A stretch of 51,080 nt of DNA from Rhodopila sp. GTDB lineage: Bacteria > Pseudomonadota > Alphaproteobacteria > Acetobacterales > Acetobacteraceae. The position numbers and the translations under genes were made by a program. Within the stretch, counting starts at the first letter, position 1. Every line of letters starts with the position of its first letter. Shown piece after piece: positions 1-10,049 of the stretch. The notes under the pieces are model-generated. The model did not search any database. It was not told the origin of the DNA and saw nothing but the letters and a program-made list of their open reading frames with translations. The DNA is taken from the NCBI GenBank assembly GCA_028291505.1, contig JAQGHW010000423.1, positions 1 through 51,080 of the forward strand. The letters run 5' to 3'.

Positions 1-480
1 GTCACGCTGCCGGCCACTTTCGGCGTCAGCCTGAGACCTTATTGGATCGTCGATGATCACGAGGTCTGCTCTGCGGCCCGTTATGGCTCCCCGGACGCCA
101 ACCGAAAGATACTCACCGCCGCGCGTCGTCGTCCACGCGTCTACCGCGTGCTGGTCCTGTGCGACACCAAACCCGAGGTATTGTTGCCTCTCCAGGATGA
201 GCGAACGTACACGTCGGCTGAAATGCTTTGCGAGGCTGAGTGAGTGGGAGGCACTGATGACCGAAGAGCGCGGGTGCTGTGTGAACCACCATGCCGGAAA
301 GATCACCGATGCATAGGTCGACTTCGCAGATCCCGGCGGCATCAGAATCATCAGTCTGTCGTATTCACCGCTTGATAAACGCTCCAACTCAGATAACAGG
401 TAAAGATGATGGGCCGCCGGTCGATAACCGGTATCTCTAAGCGCTTCTTCTGCCCAGAATCGAAGCGTGCCCCGGATTTT
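1..480 (-). CDS. Phage/GTA-type terminase large subunit, N-terminal ATPase part (partial, continues past left edge; start uncertain)
   Basis: Manual translation of a minus frame open from 612 to 1: KIRGTLRFWAEEALRDTGYRPAAHHLYLLSELERLSSGEYDRLMILMPPGSAKSTYASVIFPAWWFTQHP...GGEYLSVGVRGAITGRRADLVIIDDPIRSQADAES. MPPGSAKST is the terminase Walker A; GAITGRRADLVIIDDP is the Walker B region. Absent from the ORF track because the stop is outside the window. Confidence 0.9.
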
Positions 481-623
481 ACTTCGTTGAAAAAGTGCTT
501 GTTCGATTGGAAAACTGTCATTCTGGAAAGGTTGCTCACCCCGATCAGGGCGCTTGCTGATGTCCCTAGGACCGGGAATTGTGCGGCGCCGGCCGCTGCT
601 GCCAAAACTCGATCATGGGGAGA

Positions 624-653
624 ACCTTACACTATTTTGGGGTGTTTGGTCAA
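624..653 (-). promoter_or_regulatory. Candidate sigma70 promoter facing the terminase
   Basis: Minus-strand TTGACC (653-648), 18-nt spacer, TAAGGT (629-624) in an AT-rich intergenic stretch; an ATG follows at 616. Confidence 0.35.
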
Positions 654-735
654 GCCTTTTTTCCTACCAGACCGAAATGCCCGCTATTGACCCGCTCAAA
701 GGTGACAGACCGAAGCATTCTGCCGCATCGAACAT

Positions 736-1923
736 ATGTCCTTGTCAGACCCGCCTAACCCGCTTTACGCATCGTCGATGGGTGAAGGACCGAGCACAGA
801 CGCGAAATATGGGTTTCAGATCGTCGCCACTGATGGGCTGGCGCGAGTCGGCGTGTTGCACACCGCCCATGGGCCACTCGAAACCCCCGCGTTCATGGCC
901 GTCGGTACGGCTGGAACCGTCAAGGCGATGACTGCAAGTGCGGTTCGGACTACTGGGTGTCAATGCGTCTTGGGTAACACGTACCACCTGATGTTGCGTC
1001 CAGGCGCGGACCGGATCGCCGGGCAGGGGGGGCTTCATCGCTTCATGGACTGGCCAGGCCCTATCTTGACCGACTCCGGTGGATTTCAGCTCATGTCGCT
1101 GGCCGCCTTGCGGAAGATCGACCCTGGCGGCGCGACCTTCCAGTCCCATATCGATGGTAGCCGCCACCGCCTCACCCCAGCCCTATGCATGGAACTCCAA
1201 AATAAATTCGACTCCACGATCACCATGGTCTTGGATGAATGCACCGCTTTCCCAGCGACCTACGAAGCCGCAGAGGCATCGATGGAGATGTCGATGCGTT
1301 GGGCGGACCTGTCGAAGCAAGCGTTTAGTCCGCGGCCAGGGTACGCCCTGTTCGGCATTGTCCAGGGGAGCATATACCAGGATCTGCGTCTGCGATCCGC
1401 CAGTGCATTGAAAGGGATTGAATTCGATGGCTACGCCATCGGCGGACTGGCGGTCGGAGAAGGGCAGGTGGTCATGTTGGAAACACTGGACGTGACGGTT
1501 CCTCATCTTCCTGAAAAAGCGCCTCGCTACTTAATGGGCGTCGGTACGCCAGACGACATTCTCAAATCTGTTGAGCGTGGTATCGACATGTTCGATTGCG
1601 TGATGCCAACCAGAGCGGGTCGTACCGCTCGCGCCTATACCTCTACCGGCGTCCACAACCTTCGGAATGCACGCTTCGCCGACGATGCCGCCGCGCTCGA
1701 CCATGAATGCGAGTGCCCGGCTTGCACGAGGCATAGTCGGGCCTATCTCCATCACCTGTTTCGGACCGGGGAAATGTTAGGGCCGATGCTCCTCACCTGG
1801 CACAATTTAGCTTACTATCAGTCGCTCATGCGAAGCATTCGCTCTGCAATCAGGGCTGGCCAATTTTCTAACCTCGCCTCCCGCCTGGGCGCCGGCCTGG
1901 CCGTACCGGAAAAGTTCCGATGA
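736..1923 (+). CDS. tgt: tRNA-guanine transglycosylase (queuine tRNA-ribosyltransferase)
   Basis: [34 protein letters not shown] and Zn site CECPAC...H; start could be 778. Confidence 0.97.
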   Translation: MSLSDPPNPLYASSMGEGPSTDAKYGFQIVATDGLARVGVLHTAHGPLETPAFMAVGTAGTVKAMTASAVRTTGCQCVLGNTYHLMLRPGADRIAGQGGLHRFMDWPGPILTDSGGFQLMSLAALRKIDPGGATFQSHIDGSRHRLTPALCMELQNKFDSTITMVLDECTAFPATYEAAEASMEMSMRWADLSKQAFSPRPGYALFGIVQGSIYQDLRLRSASALKGIEFDGYAIGGLAVGEGQVVMLETLDVTVPHLPEKAPRYLMGVGTPDDILKSVERGIDMFDCVMPTRAGRTARAYTSTGVHNLRNARFADDAAALDHECECPACTRHSRAYLHHLFRTGEMLGPMLLTWHNLAYYQSLMRSIRSAIRAGQFSNLASRLGAGLAVPEKFR

Positions 1924-2387
1924 CTGAGACGCCGTCATATGGACACCTCACCCTGCTCGGTCAGCACTCCGTGCACCCAGCCAGCCCAGCCGACGCCATA
2001 CTGGAGCGCGTAGCCAACCCGGCCGCAGGCAAGCATTATATCGTGCGGTTGACTTGTCCGGAATTCACGTCGCTCTGCCCGTTGACCGGTCAACCGGACT
2101 TTGCACACATTATGGTAGACTATATTCCCAGAAATTGGATCGTCGAAAGCAAGTCCTTCAAACTCCTGTTGGGGTCATATCGGAATCACGGAGCCTTCCA
2201 CGAAGCGTGCACGATGGAGATCGCAGGCAAATTGTTTGGCCTCCTGGAGCCGGTGTGGCTGCGCATAGGCGCTTACTGGTTTCCAAGGGGCGGCATTCCT
2301 ATTGATATCTTCTGGCAATCCGATGCCCCACCCGCCGGCGTATGGGTGCCGGAACAGGACGTGCCCAATTACCGCGGCCGCGGTTGA
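1920..2387 (+). CDS. queF: preQ0 reductase (NADPH-dependent 7-cyano-7-deazaguanine reductase), short type
   Basis: [16 protein letters not shown] catalytic Cys, ESKSFK QueF motif, [13 protein letters not shown]; ATGA overlap with the tgt stop. Confidence 0.97.
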   Translation: MTETPSYGHLTLLGQHSVHPASPADAILERVANPAAGKHYIVRLTCPEFTSLCPLTGQPDFAHIMVDYIPRNWIVESKSFKLLLGSYRNHGAFHEACTMEIAGKLFGLLEPVWLRIGAYWFPRGGIPIDIFWQSDAPPAGVWVPEQDVPNYRGRG

Positions 2388-2419
2388 AGCATGGAAAAAG
2401 ACGCAAGAATTCGACAGTG

Positions 2420-3505
2420 ATGACATCCAGCCCGCCAGGTGGCAGCGCTGCCGGCAAGCCACGCTCCGCTGACCCCAGAAGCCGAATTCGGGACTTTGCG
2501 CTGCAGATCGGTTTCGATGCGGTTGGTTTCTGTCCGGCCAATCTCGGCCCCGAAGCGCGGGAGCGACTGACCCACTTTATCCAGGCGGGCTATCACGGCG
2601 ACATGGGGTGGCTCGCAGAGAGGACAGCGCAAAGAAGCCACCCTCAATCTCTCTGGTCCGAGGCGCGGAGCGTGATCGTTCTCGGGCTTTCCTACGCGCC
2701 CAACGATGATCCTCTCGCGATCACCACGCAGCGAAACAAGGGGGGGATTTCGGTCTATGCCAGGAACCGCGATTATCACGATCTCATCAAGGGCAAGCTG
2801 AAGCACTTGGGCCAATTCCTGGTGTCACGCTTCGCATGCGACGTGAAGGTCTTCGTCGACACGGCACCGGTCATGGAAAAGCCCCTGGCACAACGCAGTG
2901 GACTGGGTTGGCAAGGAAAACACACCAATCTCGTTTCGCGCTCTCACGGCTCGTGGCTCTTGCTGGGAGAAATCTACACAACAATCGAACTGGAGCCGGA
3001 TGCTTCAACAGTCGATCACTGTGGCTCGTGTTCGCGCTGTCTCGATATTTGCCCGACAAAGGCGTTTCCAGCGCCTTACCAACTCGACGCAACGCGCTGC
3101 ATCTCCTACCTCACCATCGAACACCAGGGACCCATTCCCAACGAGTTTCGAAAAGCGATCGGCAATCGGATCTATGGCTGCGATGATTGTCTCGCAGTCT
3201 GCCCATGGAACAAGTTCGTTCGGCCGACGTCTCATGAGCAACTCATAGGCCGAGAGGCTCTCATCGCGCCTCCCCTGGCGGATTTGGTTGCACTGGACGA
3301 CCGTCATTTCAGGACGAAATTCTCCGGCTCCCCTATCAAGCGTATCGGACGGAATCGTTTCATTCGGAACGTACTGATTGCGATAGGCAATTCGAACGAT
3401 CCCGCCCTGCGGCCATCAGCCGACGCGTTGCGGCTCGATCCAGATCCGACCGTGGCCGAAGCCGCCGACTGGGCTTCCAAACAATTGGATCATCCCTCTT
3501 CATGA
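2420..3505 (+). CDS. queG: Epoxyqueuosine reductase
   Basis: ISVYARNRDYH, VDTAPVMEK, two Fe-S motifs CGSCSRCLDICP and GCDDCLAVCPWN; start chosen at ATG 2420. Confidence 0.96.
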   Translation: MTSSPPGGSAAGKPRSADPRSRIRDFALQIGFDAVGFCPANLGPEARERLTHFIQAGYHGDMGWLAERTAQRSHPQSLWSEARSVIVLGLSYAPNDDPLAITTQRNKGGISVYARNRDYHDLIKGKLKHLGQFLVSRFACDVKVFVDTAPVMEKPLAQRSGLGWQGKHTNLVSRSHGSWLLLGEIYTTIELEPDASTVDHCGSCSRCLDICPTKAFPAPYQLDATRCISYLTIEHQGPIPNEFRKAIGNRIYGCDDCLAVCPWNKFVRPTSHEQLIGREALIAPPLADLVALDDRHFRTKFSGSPIKRIGRNRFIRNVLIAIGNSNDPALRPSADALRLDPDPTVAEAADWASKQLDHPSS

Positions 3506-4383
3506 ATTTGCAACGCACGTGCATAGACCACCTTTCGGGGCAATCCCGTCGCGGTGCTCACCAGTGCCGCCGCGTCCTTCACCGTCTGGGTCGCGAGCGC
3601 GGCCCGCAACCGCCCATCAAGGTCCTCCGGATCATCGCTTTCGGGTGGCCCAATTAGCAGCGTGATCTCGCCGCGCGCCGGTTCTCGGGCAAACAAGTTT
3701 TCGAGACGGCTCACCGTCCCGCGCTCGACCGTTTCGAAGCGTTTCGTCAACTCGCGGGCCACCGCGGCGCCGCGGTCGCCGAACACCTCCAGCAAATCCG
3801 CTAACGTTTCGAGCAGTCGATGGGGCGCCTCGTGCCAAACAAACGTTGTGGATAAGCCCGCCCGCTCGGCTGCCCGTAAGCCGCTGAACGCCGCCCGTCG
3901 TGCCGCCCGCTTCGCCGGTGGAAATCCGAGAAACATGAAAGGCAACGGTGGCAACCCGGACAAAATCAACGCCGTCACCGCCGCGTTTGGTCCCGGGATC
4001 GCGGTCACCGGCAGATCGGCTTCAATCGCTGCTCGGACAAGCCGATATCCTGGATCCGATATCAGCGGTGTCCCCGCGTCGGAGACCAAGGCAATCGTCT
4101 GGTTTGCCCGCAACCTGGCAAGGACCGACGCAATTCTGGCATCCTCATTATGCTCATGCAGGGTTTCGGTGCGGCTGTGGATATCCATGGCCGCCAGCAG
4201 TCGTCCAGTCCGGCGAGTATCTTCACACAGGATCAGGTCGCAGGCCTTCAAGACCGTTCGCGCTCGCGCCGAGATATCCCCGAGGTTGCCGATTGGAGTG
4301 GAAACAAGCACAAGGCCATTCAGCGGGGCGGGTTGGCTGTCTCGCGAGTCATCGGGAGGCGCAGCCGATGCGGCAACAGGCAT
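3490..4383 (-). CDS. rsmI: 16S rRNA C1402 2'-O-methyltransferase
   Basis: TPIGNLGDIS, CEDTR, VSDAGTPLISDPG, EAPHRL, ARELTKRFE; GAGG RBS upstream of ATG 4383. Confidence 0.96.
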   Translation of the reverse strand: MPVAASAAPPDDSRDSQPAPLNGLVLVSTPIGNLGDISARARTVLKACDLILCEDTRRTGRLLAAMDIHSRTETLHEHNEDARIASVLARLRANQTIALVSDAGTPLISDPGYRLVRAAIEADLPVTAIPGPNAAVTALILSGLPPLPFMFLGFPPAKRAARRAAFSGLRAAERAGLSTTFVWHEAPHRLLETLADLLEVFGDRGAAVARELTKRFETVERGTVSRLENLFAREPARGEITLLIGPPESDDPEDLDGRLRAALATQTVKDAAALVSTATGLPRKVVYARALQIHEEG

Positions 4384-5630
4384 TCCTTTTCCTCATTTGC
4401 GCCCTGACATTCTCAGGCTGCGGCGTCGAATCCTCGGGACGGTACGGATTAGGCTACCAATCTGGATCGAACTCTCCGACCTCGCTAGGTCCAAATGGTC
4501 CCGCGCCAGGTCAGGCAAGGCAAGCGGTTGCGATCCTGCTGCCGATGACGGGTCCGCGCGCGGACCTTGGCCAGGTACTGCTGCAAGCCACCCACCTCGC
4601 CTTGCAGGACGACAGTGGCCTTGCTTTGGACGTGTTGGACACCGGTGGAACCGCCGCCGGCGCGGCTTCGGCGGCTCAAGCGGCCGTCTCCCACGGGGAC
4701 GGACTGATCCTCGGTCCGTTGACCTCGCCCGAAACCTCGTCTGTCGCACCGGTCGCCCGTCAGGCTGGAATCCCGGTGTTGGCGTTCACCAACGATGCAT
4801 CGCAATCGCAGCCGGGCGTTTGGCCCCTTGGCATCTCGCCGGGCCAACAAATCCGACGTCTCGTCGTAGCAGCCCAGGCACAGGGAAAAAGCCAGTTTGC
4901 CGGCCTGCTTCCGGATACTGATTTCGGCCGAGCCATCGCCACCGCACTCATGAAGGCGACAGAGACTGCTGGCCTGCAAGCGCCAAACGTGAAGATGCAC
5001 CCGCCCGGCATGCCATCCATTACCGCAGCCGCGCGCGACCTGTCCGGTTACGCCAACCGAAGGGGGCCGATTGACGCGAAGGTTAAGGCTGCAAGAGCTC
5101 TCGGGACAGCAGATGGGCGTCGTGAAGCGCAGGAGCTTGCGAGAACTTCCATCCCACCACCGTCCTTCGACGTCCTGCTTCTCGGGGATACCGGCGACGC
5201 CTTGCAAGAGATTGCCGCCGTCTTGCCCTATTATGATGTCGATCGTTCGGTAGTTCAGATTATCGGCCCGGCTCTCTGGTCTGACCCCTCAAGTGGGTCG
5301 GGCGCGGTTCAGGGAGCGTGGTATGCTGCCCCCGATAGCAGCACGCGGAGCAATCTCGAACGCGACTACGCGGCGAAATACGGCGTTCCCCCGCCTCCGT
5401 TGGCGGATTTGGCCTATGATTCGGCGTCGATCGCGAAGGTCATCCTTGGTCCAAAAGGCAGTGATATCGCGATCCTGACGCAACCCGGCGGGTTCGTGGG
5501 TACAGACGGGTGGTTCGCATTGCTCCCTGATGGTCAGGTGAGGCGCGGATTAGCCGTGTACCGGATACAACGTGGCGGCCCTGAATTGATTGATCCCGCG
5601 CCGCAGTCGGCGGGTACACCGGGTTTATAA
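4368..5630 (+). CDS. LpoA/LppC-like lipoprotein (penicillin-binding protein activator family)
   Basis: GGGAGG RBS then MRQQAFLFLICALTFSGC (lipobox-like Cys), VAILLPMTG, ILGPL, LAYDS, GFVGTDG..RRGLAV; the usual divergent partner of rsmI in alphaproteobacteria. Confidence 0.85.
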   Translation: MRQQAFLFLICALTFSGCGVESSGRYGLGYQSGSNSPTSLGPNGPAPGQARQAVAILLPMTGPRADLGQVLLQATHLALQDDSGLALDVLDTGGTAAGAASAAQAAVSHGDGLILGPLTSPETSSVAPVARQAGIPVLAFTNDASQSQPGVWPLGISPGQQIRRLVVAAQAQGKSQFAGLLPDTDFGRAIATALMKATETAGLQAPNVKMHPPGMPSITAAARDLSGYANRRGPIDAKVKAARALGTADGRREAQELARTSIPPPSFDVLLLGDTGDALQEIAAVLPYYDVDRSVVQIIGPALWSDPSSGSGAVQGAWYAAPDSSTRSNLERDYAAKYGVPPPPLADLAYDSASIAKVILGPKGSDIAILTQPGGFVGTDGWFALLPDGQVRRGLAVYRIQRGGPELIDPAPQSAGTPGL

Positions 5631-5645
5631 TGCGCCATGCGATCG

Positions 5646-6653
5646 TCAGCTTTTGCGAAGACCAACGAACCCGACCAACCGCTCGGCTTCGTTGACAATT
5701 GGGTCTGCGATGGCGGCAGCCCGTTCGGCGCCGGATCTGAGCAGATCGGTAAGTGCCCCCTGGTCGCTGAGCAGCCGGTTTGTCTCCGAAGCGATCGGAG
5801 CCAATTTTGTCACCAGCAATTCCGTCAGGGCGTTCTTGAACGGGCCGAAACCTTGGCCGGCATGCTCGTTGAGCACCGAGGCGGGGTCGCTATCGGTCAG
5901 CGCCGCATAGATTCCAACCAGGTTTCTGGCCTCTGGCCGATCGGCGAGTTCTTCGACCTCAGATGGTAATGGCATCGGGTCGGTTTTGGCGCGACGGATT
6001 TTAAGCGCGATCGTATCGGCATCGTCGCTCAGATTGATCCGGCTCTGATCCGATGGATCGGACTTCGACATCTTCTTCGTACCATCGCGCAAACTCATCA
6101 CGCGGGCGCCGGTAGCCAGGATCACCGGCTCGATGTTTGGAAAGAAGTCCACACCGTAATCGTGGTTGAACTTCTGTGCGATATCGTTCGCAAGTTCCAG
6201 ATGCTGCCGCTGGTCATCACCCACTGGAACCCGTGTGGCATGATAGGCGTGAATGTCGGCGGCCATCAGGTTAGGGTAGACATACAGGCCGGACGAGGCG
6301 CTCTCCCGATCCTTGCCCGCCTTATCCTTGAACTGTGTCATACGGTTGAGCCAGCCCAGCCGAGCGACGCAGTTGAAGATCCACGCAAGCTGAGCATGGG
6401 CACGAACAGTCGACTGCAGGAACAGGATGTGCCTCGCGGGGTCAACGCCGCAGGCCAGTACGACCGCGGCCATCTCTAGCGATTGTTGACGCAGGGCGGC
6501 TGGATCCTGCCATGTCGTGATGGCGTGCAGGTCCACCACACAGAAGATGCAGTCATGATCATCCTGTAGCTTGACCCAGTTTCGGATCGCGCCAAGGTAG
6601 TTACCTAGCGTGGACCCGCCGGACGGCTGAATGCCTGAGAAAACGCGCTGCAT
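5646..6653 (-). CDS. trpS: Tryptophan--tRNA ligase
   Basis: [20 protein letters not shown] (HIGH-like), [15 protein letters not shown]; true start is ATG 6653, not 6923. Confidence 0.97.
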   Translation of the reverse strand: MQRVFSGIQPSGGSTLGNYLGAIRNWVKLQDDHDCIFCVVDLHAITTWQDPAALRQQSLEMAAVVLACGVDPARHILFLQSTVRAHAQLAWIFNCVARLGWLNRMTQFKDKAGKDRESASSGLYVYPNLMAADIHAYHATRVPVGDDQRQHLELANDIAQKFNHDYGVDFFPNIEPVILATGARVMSLRDGTKKMSKSDPSDQSRINLSDDADTIALKIRRAKTDPMPLPSEVEELADRPEARNLVGIYAALTDSDPASVLNEHAGQGFGPFKNALTELLVTKLAPIASETNRLLSDQGALTDLLRSGAERAAAIADPIVNEAERLVGFVGLRKS

Positions 6654-6658
6654 ACCGT

Positions 6659-8248
6659 TCAAGTCTCTGTCGTTCGGGCCGAACTGATGGCCGATCCGCC
6701 CTCGCGGCGCAAGCGACGACGCGACATCATGCGGCCGATATCCCGCAGATCGTATGCGCCGAACAGCGAGGCCGCCAACCCGTACGTTAGCATGCCGGCG
6801 CCGACCAACCCCGTGAGGGAGCCGAAGCGGAGCCACCCGTGCGGCAGTGTCTGAAACAGCAAATCCCGCAGTCCCCACAGCACCAGGGCCATCGCCACCG
6901 CCGCCCCAAGCATGCCCAGGCACCGCCGACGGAGTTGCTGGTCCGCGACAAAATGTCCTCGCCGCCTTAGCACGAACGCCAGGCCCGAGACATTGCAGAT
7001 CGCGGCCAAACTGGTTGCCAGCGCAGGTCCGATATGGGCCAGCGGCATCATGAATATGAGATTCAAAACGAGGTTCAGCGCCACGCTGCCGACCCCGATC
7101 TTGACCGGCATACCAGTGTCACCGCGCGCAAAGAACGCGGGCGCCAGGACCTTCACAAGCACGAAGGCCGGCAGCCCGAGCGCATAAGCCTCCAGGGATT
7201 GCGAAGACAGGCGCACGCTCTCGAGATCAAACGCACCACGGCCAAACAAGACGAACATGATAGGCTGAGCACACACGATAAGCGCAAGCGCGGCCGGCAA
7301 CGTCAGAAAAAGTCCGTATTCGATCGCTCGGTTGAGCGTGCCGACCGAAGAGGCGGCCTCGCCCGCTCGGACCTGCCGGGACAGCATCGGCAGCAGAGCC
7401 GTTCCAACGGCAGTGCCAATAACGCCCAATGGCAACTGCTGCACGCGATCGGCGAAATACAGGACCGACACCGTGCCGGGGGGTAAAAGGCTGGCGATGA
7501 TGACGTCAACAGTCAGATTGAGTTGTGTCACACCCGCCCCGACGAGACCTGGTGCCATGCGCCGCATCAGCAGACGCATCTGCGGAGTCATCCTCGGCCG
7601 CGGAATCTTGAGCGCCATGCCGCCGCGCCGAACCGCCAGCATCAGCAGGCCAAGTTGCGCGACGCCGGAAATCGTGACGCCCCAGGCCAACGCATGACCC
7701 ACTGTCGGAACATACGGCGTCATCCAGATCATGCATGCGATCGAGACGATGTTGAACAGCACATAGGATGCCGATGCCGCGGTGAATTTCTCCAACCCGT
7801 TCAGCACGCCGGAAACCAAAGCGGCAAGACAGATCAGGACGAGGTAGGGAAAGGTGATCCTGGACAGGCTGACGGCAAGGGCAAACTTGCCCGGATCGTC
7901 CGCGAAACCGGGTGCCAGAACGATCATCAGTTCGGGCATGAATATCTCACCCAGGATCGTCATGATCCCAAGCCAGAAAGCCATTACGGCGAAGGCTTCT
8001 TGGGCGAATTGCTTCGCCGCGCCGATACCTTCCGTGTGTAGCAACCCGGAAAAAGCAGGGATGAAGGCAGCGTTGAACGCACCCTCGCCGAACAGGCGAC
8101 GGAACAGATTGGGAAGTTTCAACGCGACGAAAAACGCATCCGCGATCGGGCCGGTGCCGATCAGCGCGGCGATTAACATATCCCTCGCGAAACCCAGAAT
8201 ACGGCTGATCAGCGTCCATCCACCAACGGTCAGAATACCTCTCAGCAT
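6659..8248 (-). CDS. murJ: Lipid II flippase MurJ (MviN)
   Basis: [32 protein letters not shown], many TM segments. Confidence 0.97.
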   Translation of the reverse strand: MLRGILTVGGWTLISRILGFARDMLIAALIGTGPIADAFFVALKLPNLFRRLFGEGAFNAAFIPAFSGLLHTEGIGAAKQFAQEAFAVMAFWLGIMTILGEIFMPELMIVLAPGFADDPGKFALAVSLSRITFPYLVLICLAALVSGVLNGLEKFTAASASYVLFNIVSIACMIWMTPYVPTVGHALAWGVTISGVAQLGLLMLAVRRGGMALKIPRPRMTPQMRLLMRRMAPGLVGAGVTQLNLTVDVIIASLLPPGTVSVLYFADRVQQLPLGVIGTAVGTALLPMLSRQVRAGEAASSVGTLNRAIEYGLFLTLPAALALIVCAQPIMFVLFGRGAFDLESVRLSSQSLEAYALGLPAFVLVKVLAPAFFARGDTGMPVKIGVGSVALNLVLNLIFMMPLAHIGPALATSLAAICNVSGLAFVLRRRGHFVADQQLRRRCLGMLGAAVAMALVLWGLRDLLFQTLPHGWLRFGSLTGLVGAGMLTYGLAASLFGAYDLRDIGRMMSRRRLRREGGSAISSARTTET

Positions 8249-8275
8249 GTTTGATCTTTTCCAGCCATGCGGTCC

Positions 8276-9241
8276 TTATTCATCCCGTTGCGGACGCAAA
8301 AGAAGCTGTGCGATCGCCTGATCCAGCGTTTTTGCCCCGGCCAGCAGATCCGCCACAGCTCGGCAGATCGGCAGTTCGACACCTTCGCCTCGCGCGACAA
8401 GCGCTGCGGCTGTTGGAACTCCCTCCGTCACCTCCGACCGGCGAGCGAGTATGTCCGAAAGGCTTTCGCCCCGGCCAAGCGCGTGACCCAGGCTGAAATT
8501 CCGGCTTGAGGCTCCGGTGCAGGTCAGCAGGAGGTCTCCCAAACCCGACAACCCCATGACCGTTTCCGCCCGGCCGCCCAGGGCGATGGCCAAGCGGCGC
8601 AACTCACTCAAGCCACGTGTCACCAGGGCCGCTCGGGCGTTTTCACCCAGTCCCGCGCCGATGACAGCGCCTGCCGCGATGGCAATGACATTCTTCGCAG
8701 CACCACCGAGTTGGGCGCCGATCGGGTCATCATTGCCGTACAGACGGAAGGTATTGGTCCCCAGCATCAGACGGACCCGCTCCCGAAGATCGGCATCCGT
8801 GCTGGCGACGACAGCAGCGGCGGGGAAACCACTCGCCACCTCGTGCGCGAAGTTGGGTCCGGTCAAAATGGCGACCGGACCGCCAGGGGACACTTCATTC
8901 ACGATTTCCAGCGGGAGCAAATAGGTCCCGGCTTCAACACCTTTAGCACCGACGACGATTGATCCAACGGCAGGCTGGAGGCGCAGGAATGATGAACGAA
9001 GGTGCTGCACCGGAACGACCCACAACAAAAGATCGGCGCCGGCGGGAATATCGTGACGAACATCAACCGCGTCCGGCAGGCGATGCGCCGGTAGCCGATT
9101 GCTTTCTCGATTGGCCGCGATAGTGGAAGCGGTAGCCGCGTCCCGGGCGACCAGCGAGACATCGTTCCCCGCTCGCACCGCCTGAAGAGCAAGTGCGGTC
9201 CCCCAGGCGCCAGCGCCAATGATGACTAGCCTACTCATCAA
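8276..9241 (-). CDS. gpsA: NAD(P)H-dependent glycerol-3-phosphate dehydrogenase
   Basis: GAGAWGTALA, KGVE, GPNFAHEV, GGAAKNVIAI, GLGDLLLTC, SRN. Confidence 0.96.
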   Translation of the reverse strand: MMSRLVIIGAGAWGTALALQAVRAGNDVSLVARDAATASTIAANRESNRLPAHRLPDAVDVRHDIPAGADLLLWVVPVQHLRSSFLRLQPAVGSIVVGAKGVEAGTYLLPLEIVNEVSPGGPVAILTGPNFAHEVASGFPAAAVVASTDADLRERVRLMLGTNTFRLYGNDDPIGAQLGGAAKNVIAIAAGAVIGAGLGENARAALVTRGLSELRRLAIALGGRAETVMGLSGLGDLLLTCTGASSRNFSLGHALGRGESLSDILARRSEVTEGVPTAAALVARGEGVELPICRAVADLLAGAKTLDQAIAQLLLRPQRDE

Positions 9242-10049
9242 CCAGCCTGAGCACGTCTACTCCCGCCCCGGGCTCGTGGTCGCCGAGCCCATTCAGGACC
9301 GCGTTGGCGATCGAGTGCGCCTGATCCCTGAAGCGGTATGGCGGATTGATCACCACAAGACCGCACCCATTCAGCCGATCAGGACCTGTCGTATCCCGGA
9401 GATGAAGTTCGACCGCGACGATGTCGCGAATACCGGATGACGTCAGGCTCGCACGAAAGCTCCGCACTGCCGCCATCTGCTTGATTGGATACCATGCGGC
9501 GAACAGGCCATGACCGAAACGGCCGTAACCACGGCGAATTCCATCCATCAGCCTGAAGAACTCGTCCCGAGCCTCGAACGGTGGATCGATGAAGACGAGG
9601 CCTCGCTTTTCCCTCGGCGGCAGAAGCCCGGCCAGTGCCTCCCAACCGGATCGGTCATGAACATCGACTTGTGGGTCGCGATGGAAATGCCGCCGCAAGG
9701 TCGTCGCGTCCTCATGATGGAGTTCGCAGCAGGCGAGTCGGTCCCCCTCGCGCAAAACGGCCCGGATCAATGCAGGAGAGCCGTGGTAGAGACCAAGTTG
9801 CTCCACCAACCCAATATATCGCTCCAATGCCGCCGCAGGCCTCTGCAGCAAACGTCGAACTCCGGTCTCCGCCTCAGCCGTGCGTTGAGCTGCCTCGGCT
9901 TCAAGGTCGTATCGACCTGCGCCCGCATGGGTATCCAGCACGAAATATGGTGCTGGCTTCCGCGCAAGCGAGTCGAGCAAGGCGACCAACAGCGCATGCT
10001 TAAAGCAATCCGCGAAGTTACCGGCGTGATAAGCGTGGCGGTAATTCAT
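9231..10049 (-). CDS. rlmJ: 23S rRNA A2030 N6-methyltransferase
   Basis: MNYRHAYHAGNFADCFKH, DTHAGAGRY, IDPPFE, WYPIK, INPPY. Confidence 0.95.
   Translation of the reverse strand: MNYRHAYHAGNFADCFKHALLVALLDSLARKPAPYFVLDTHAGAGRYDLEAEAAQRTAEAETGVRRLLQRPAAALERYIGLVEQLGLYHGSPALIRAVLREGDRLACCELHHEDATTLRRHFHRDPQVDVHDRSGWEALAGLLPPREKRGLVFIDPPFEARDEFFRLMDGIRRGYGRFGHGLFAAWYPIKQMAAVRSFRASLTSSGIRDIVAVELHLRDTTGPDRLNGCGLVVINPPYRFRDQAHSIANAVLNGLGDHEPGAGVDVLRLVDE

Noticed and set aside
1-316. Plus-strand open frame 1-243 and ORF 53-316, including a GGGAGG-ATG mini-ORF at 257
   Set aside because: Antisense to the terminase frame, which has clear family motifs; these have none.
620-735. preQ1 riboswitch upstream of tgt-queF
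   Set aside because: No short stem with the conserved loop and A-rich tail was found by eye; an Rfam scan would settle it.
736-1923. TGT as a DNA-modifying DpdA
   Set aside because: Motifs and Zn site are those of canonical bacterial tRNA TGT, and no dpdB/dpdC genes are in the window.
3847-3855. Perfect DnaA box TGTGGATAA
   Set aside because: Single copy inside the rsmI coding sequence, with no cluster or AT-rich unwinding element; not oriC.
3554-4921. 455-aa plus-strand ORF and the 140-aa N-terminal extension of ORF 3948-5630
   Set aside because: Shadow frames of rsmI and the lipoprotein gene in GC-rich DNA; the lipoprotein signal starts at 4368.
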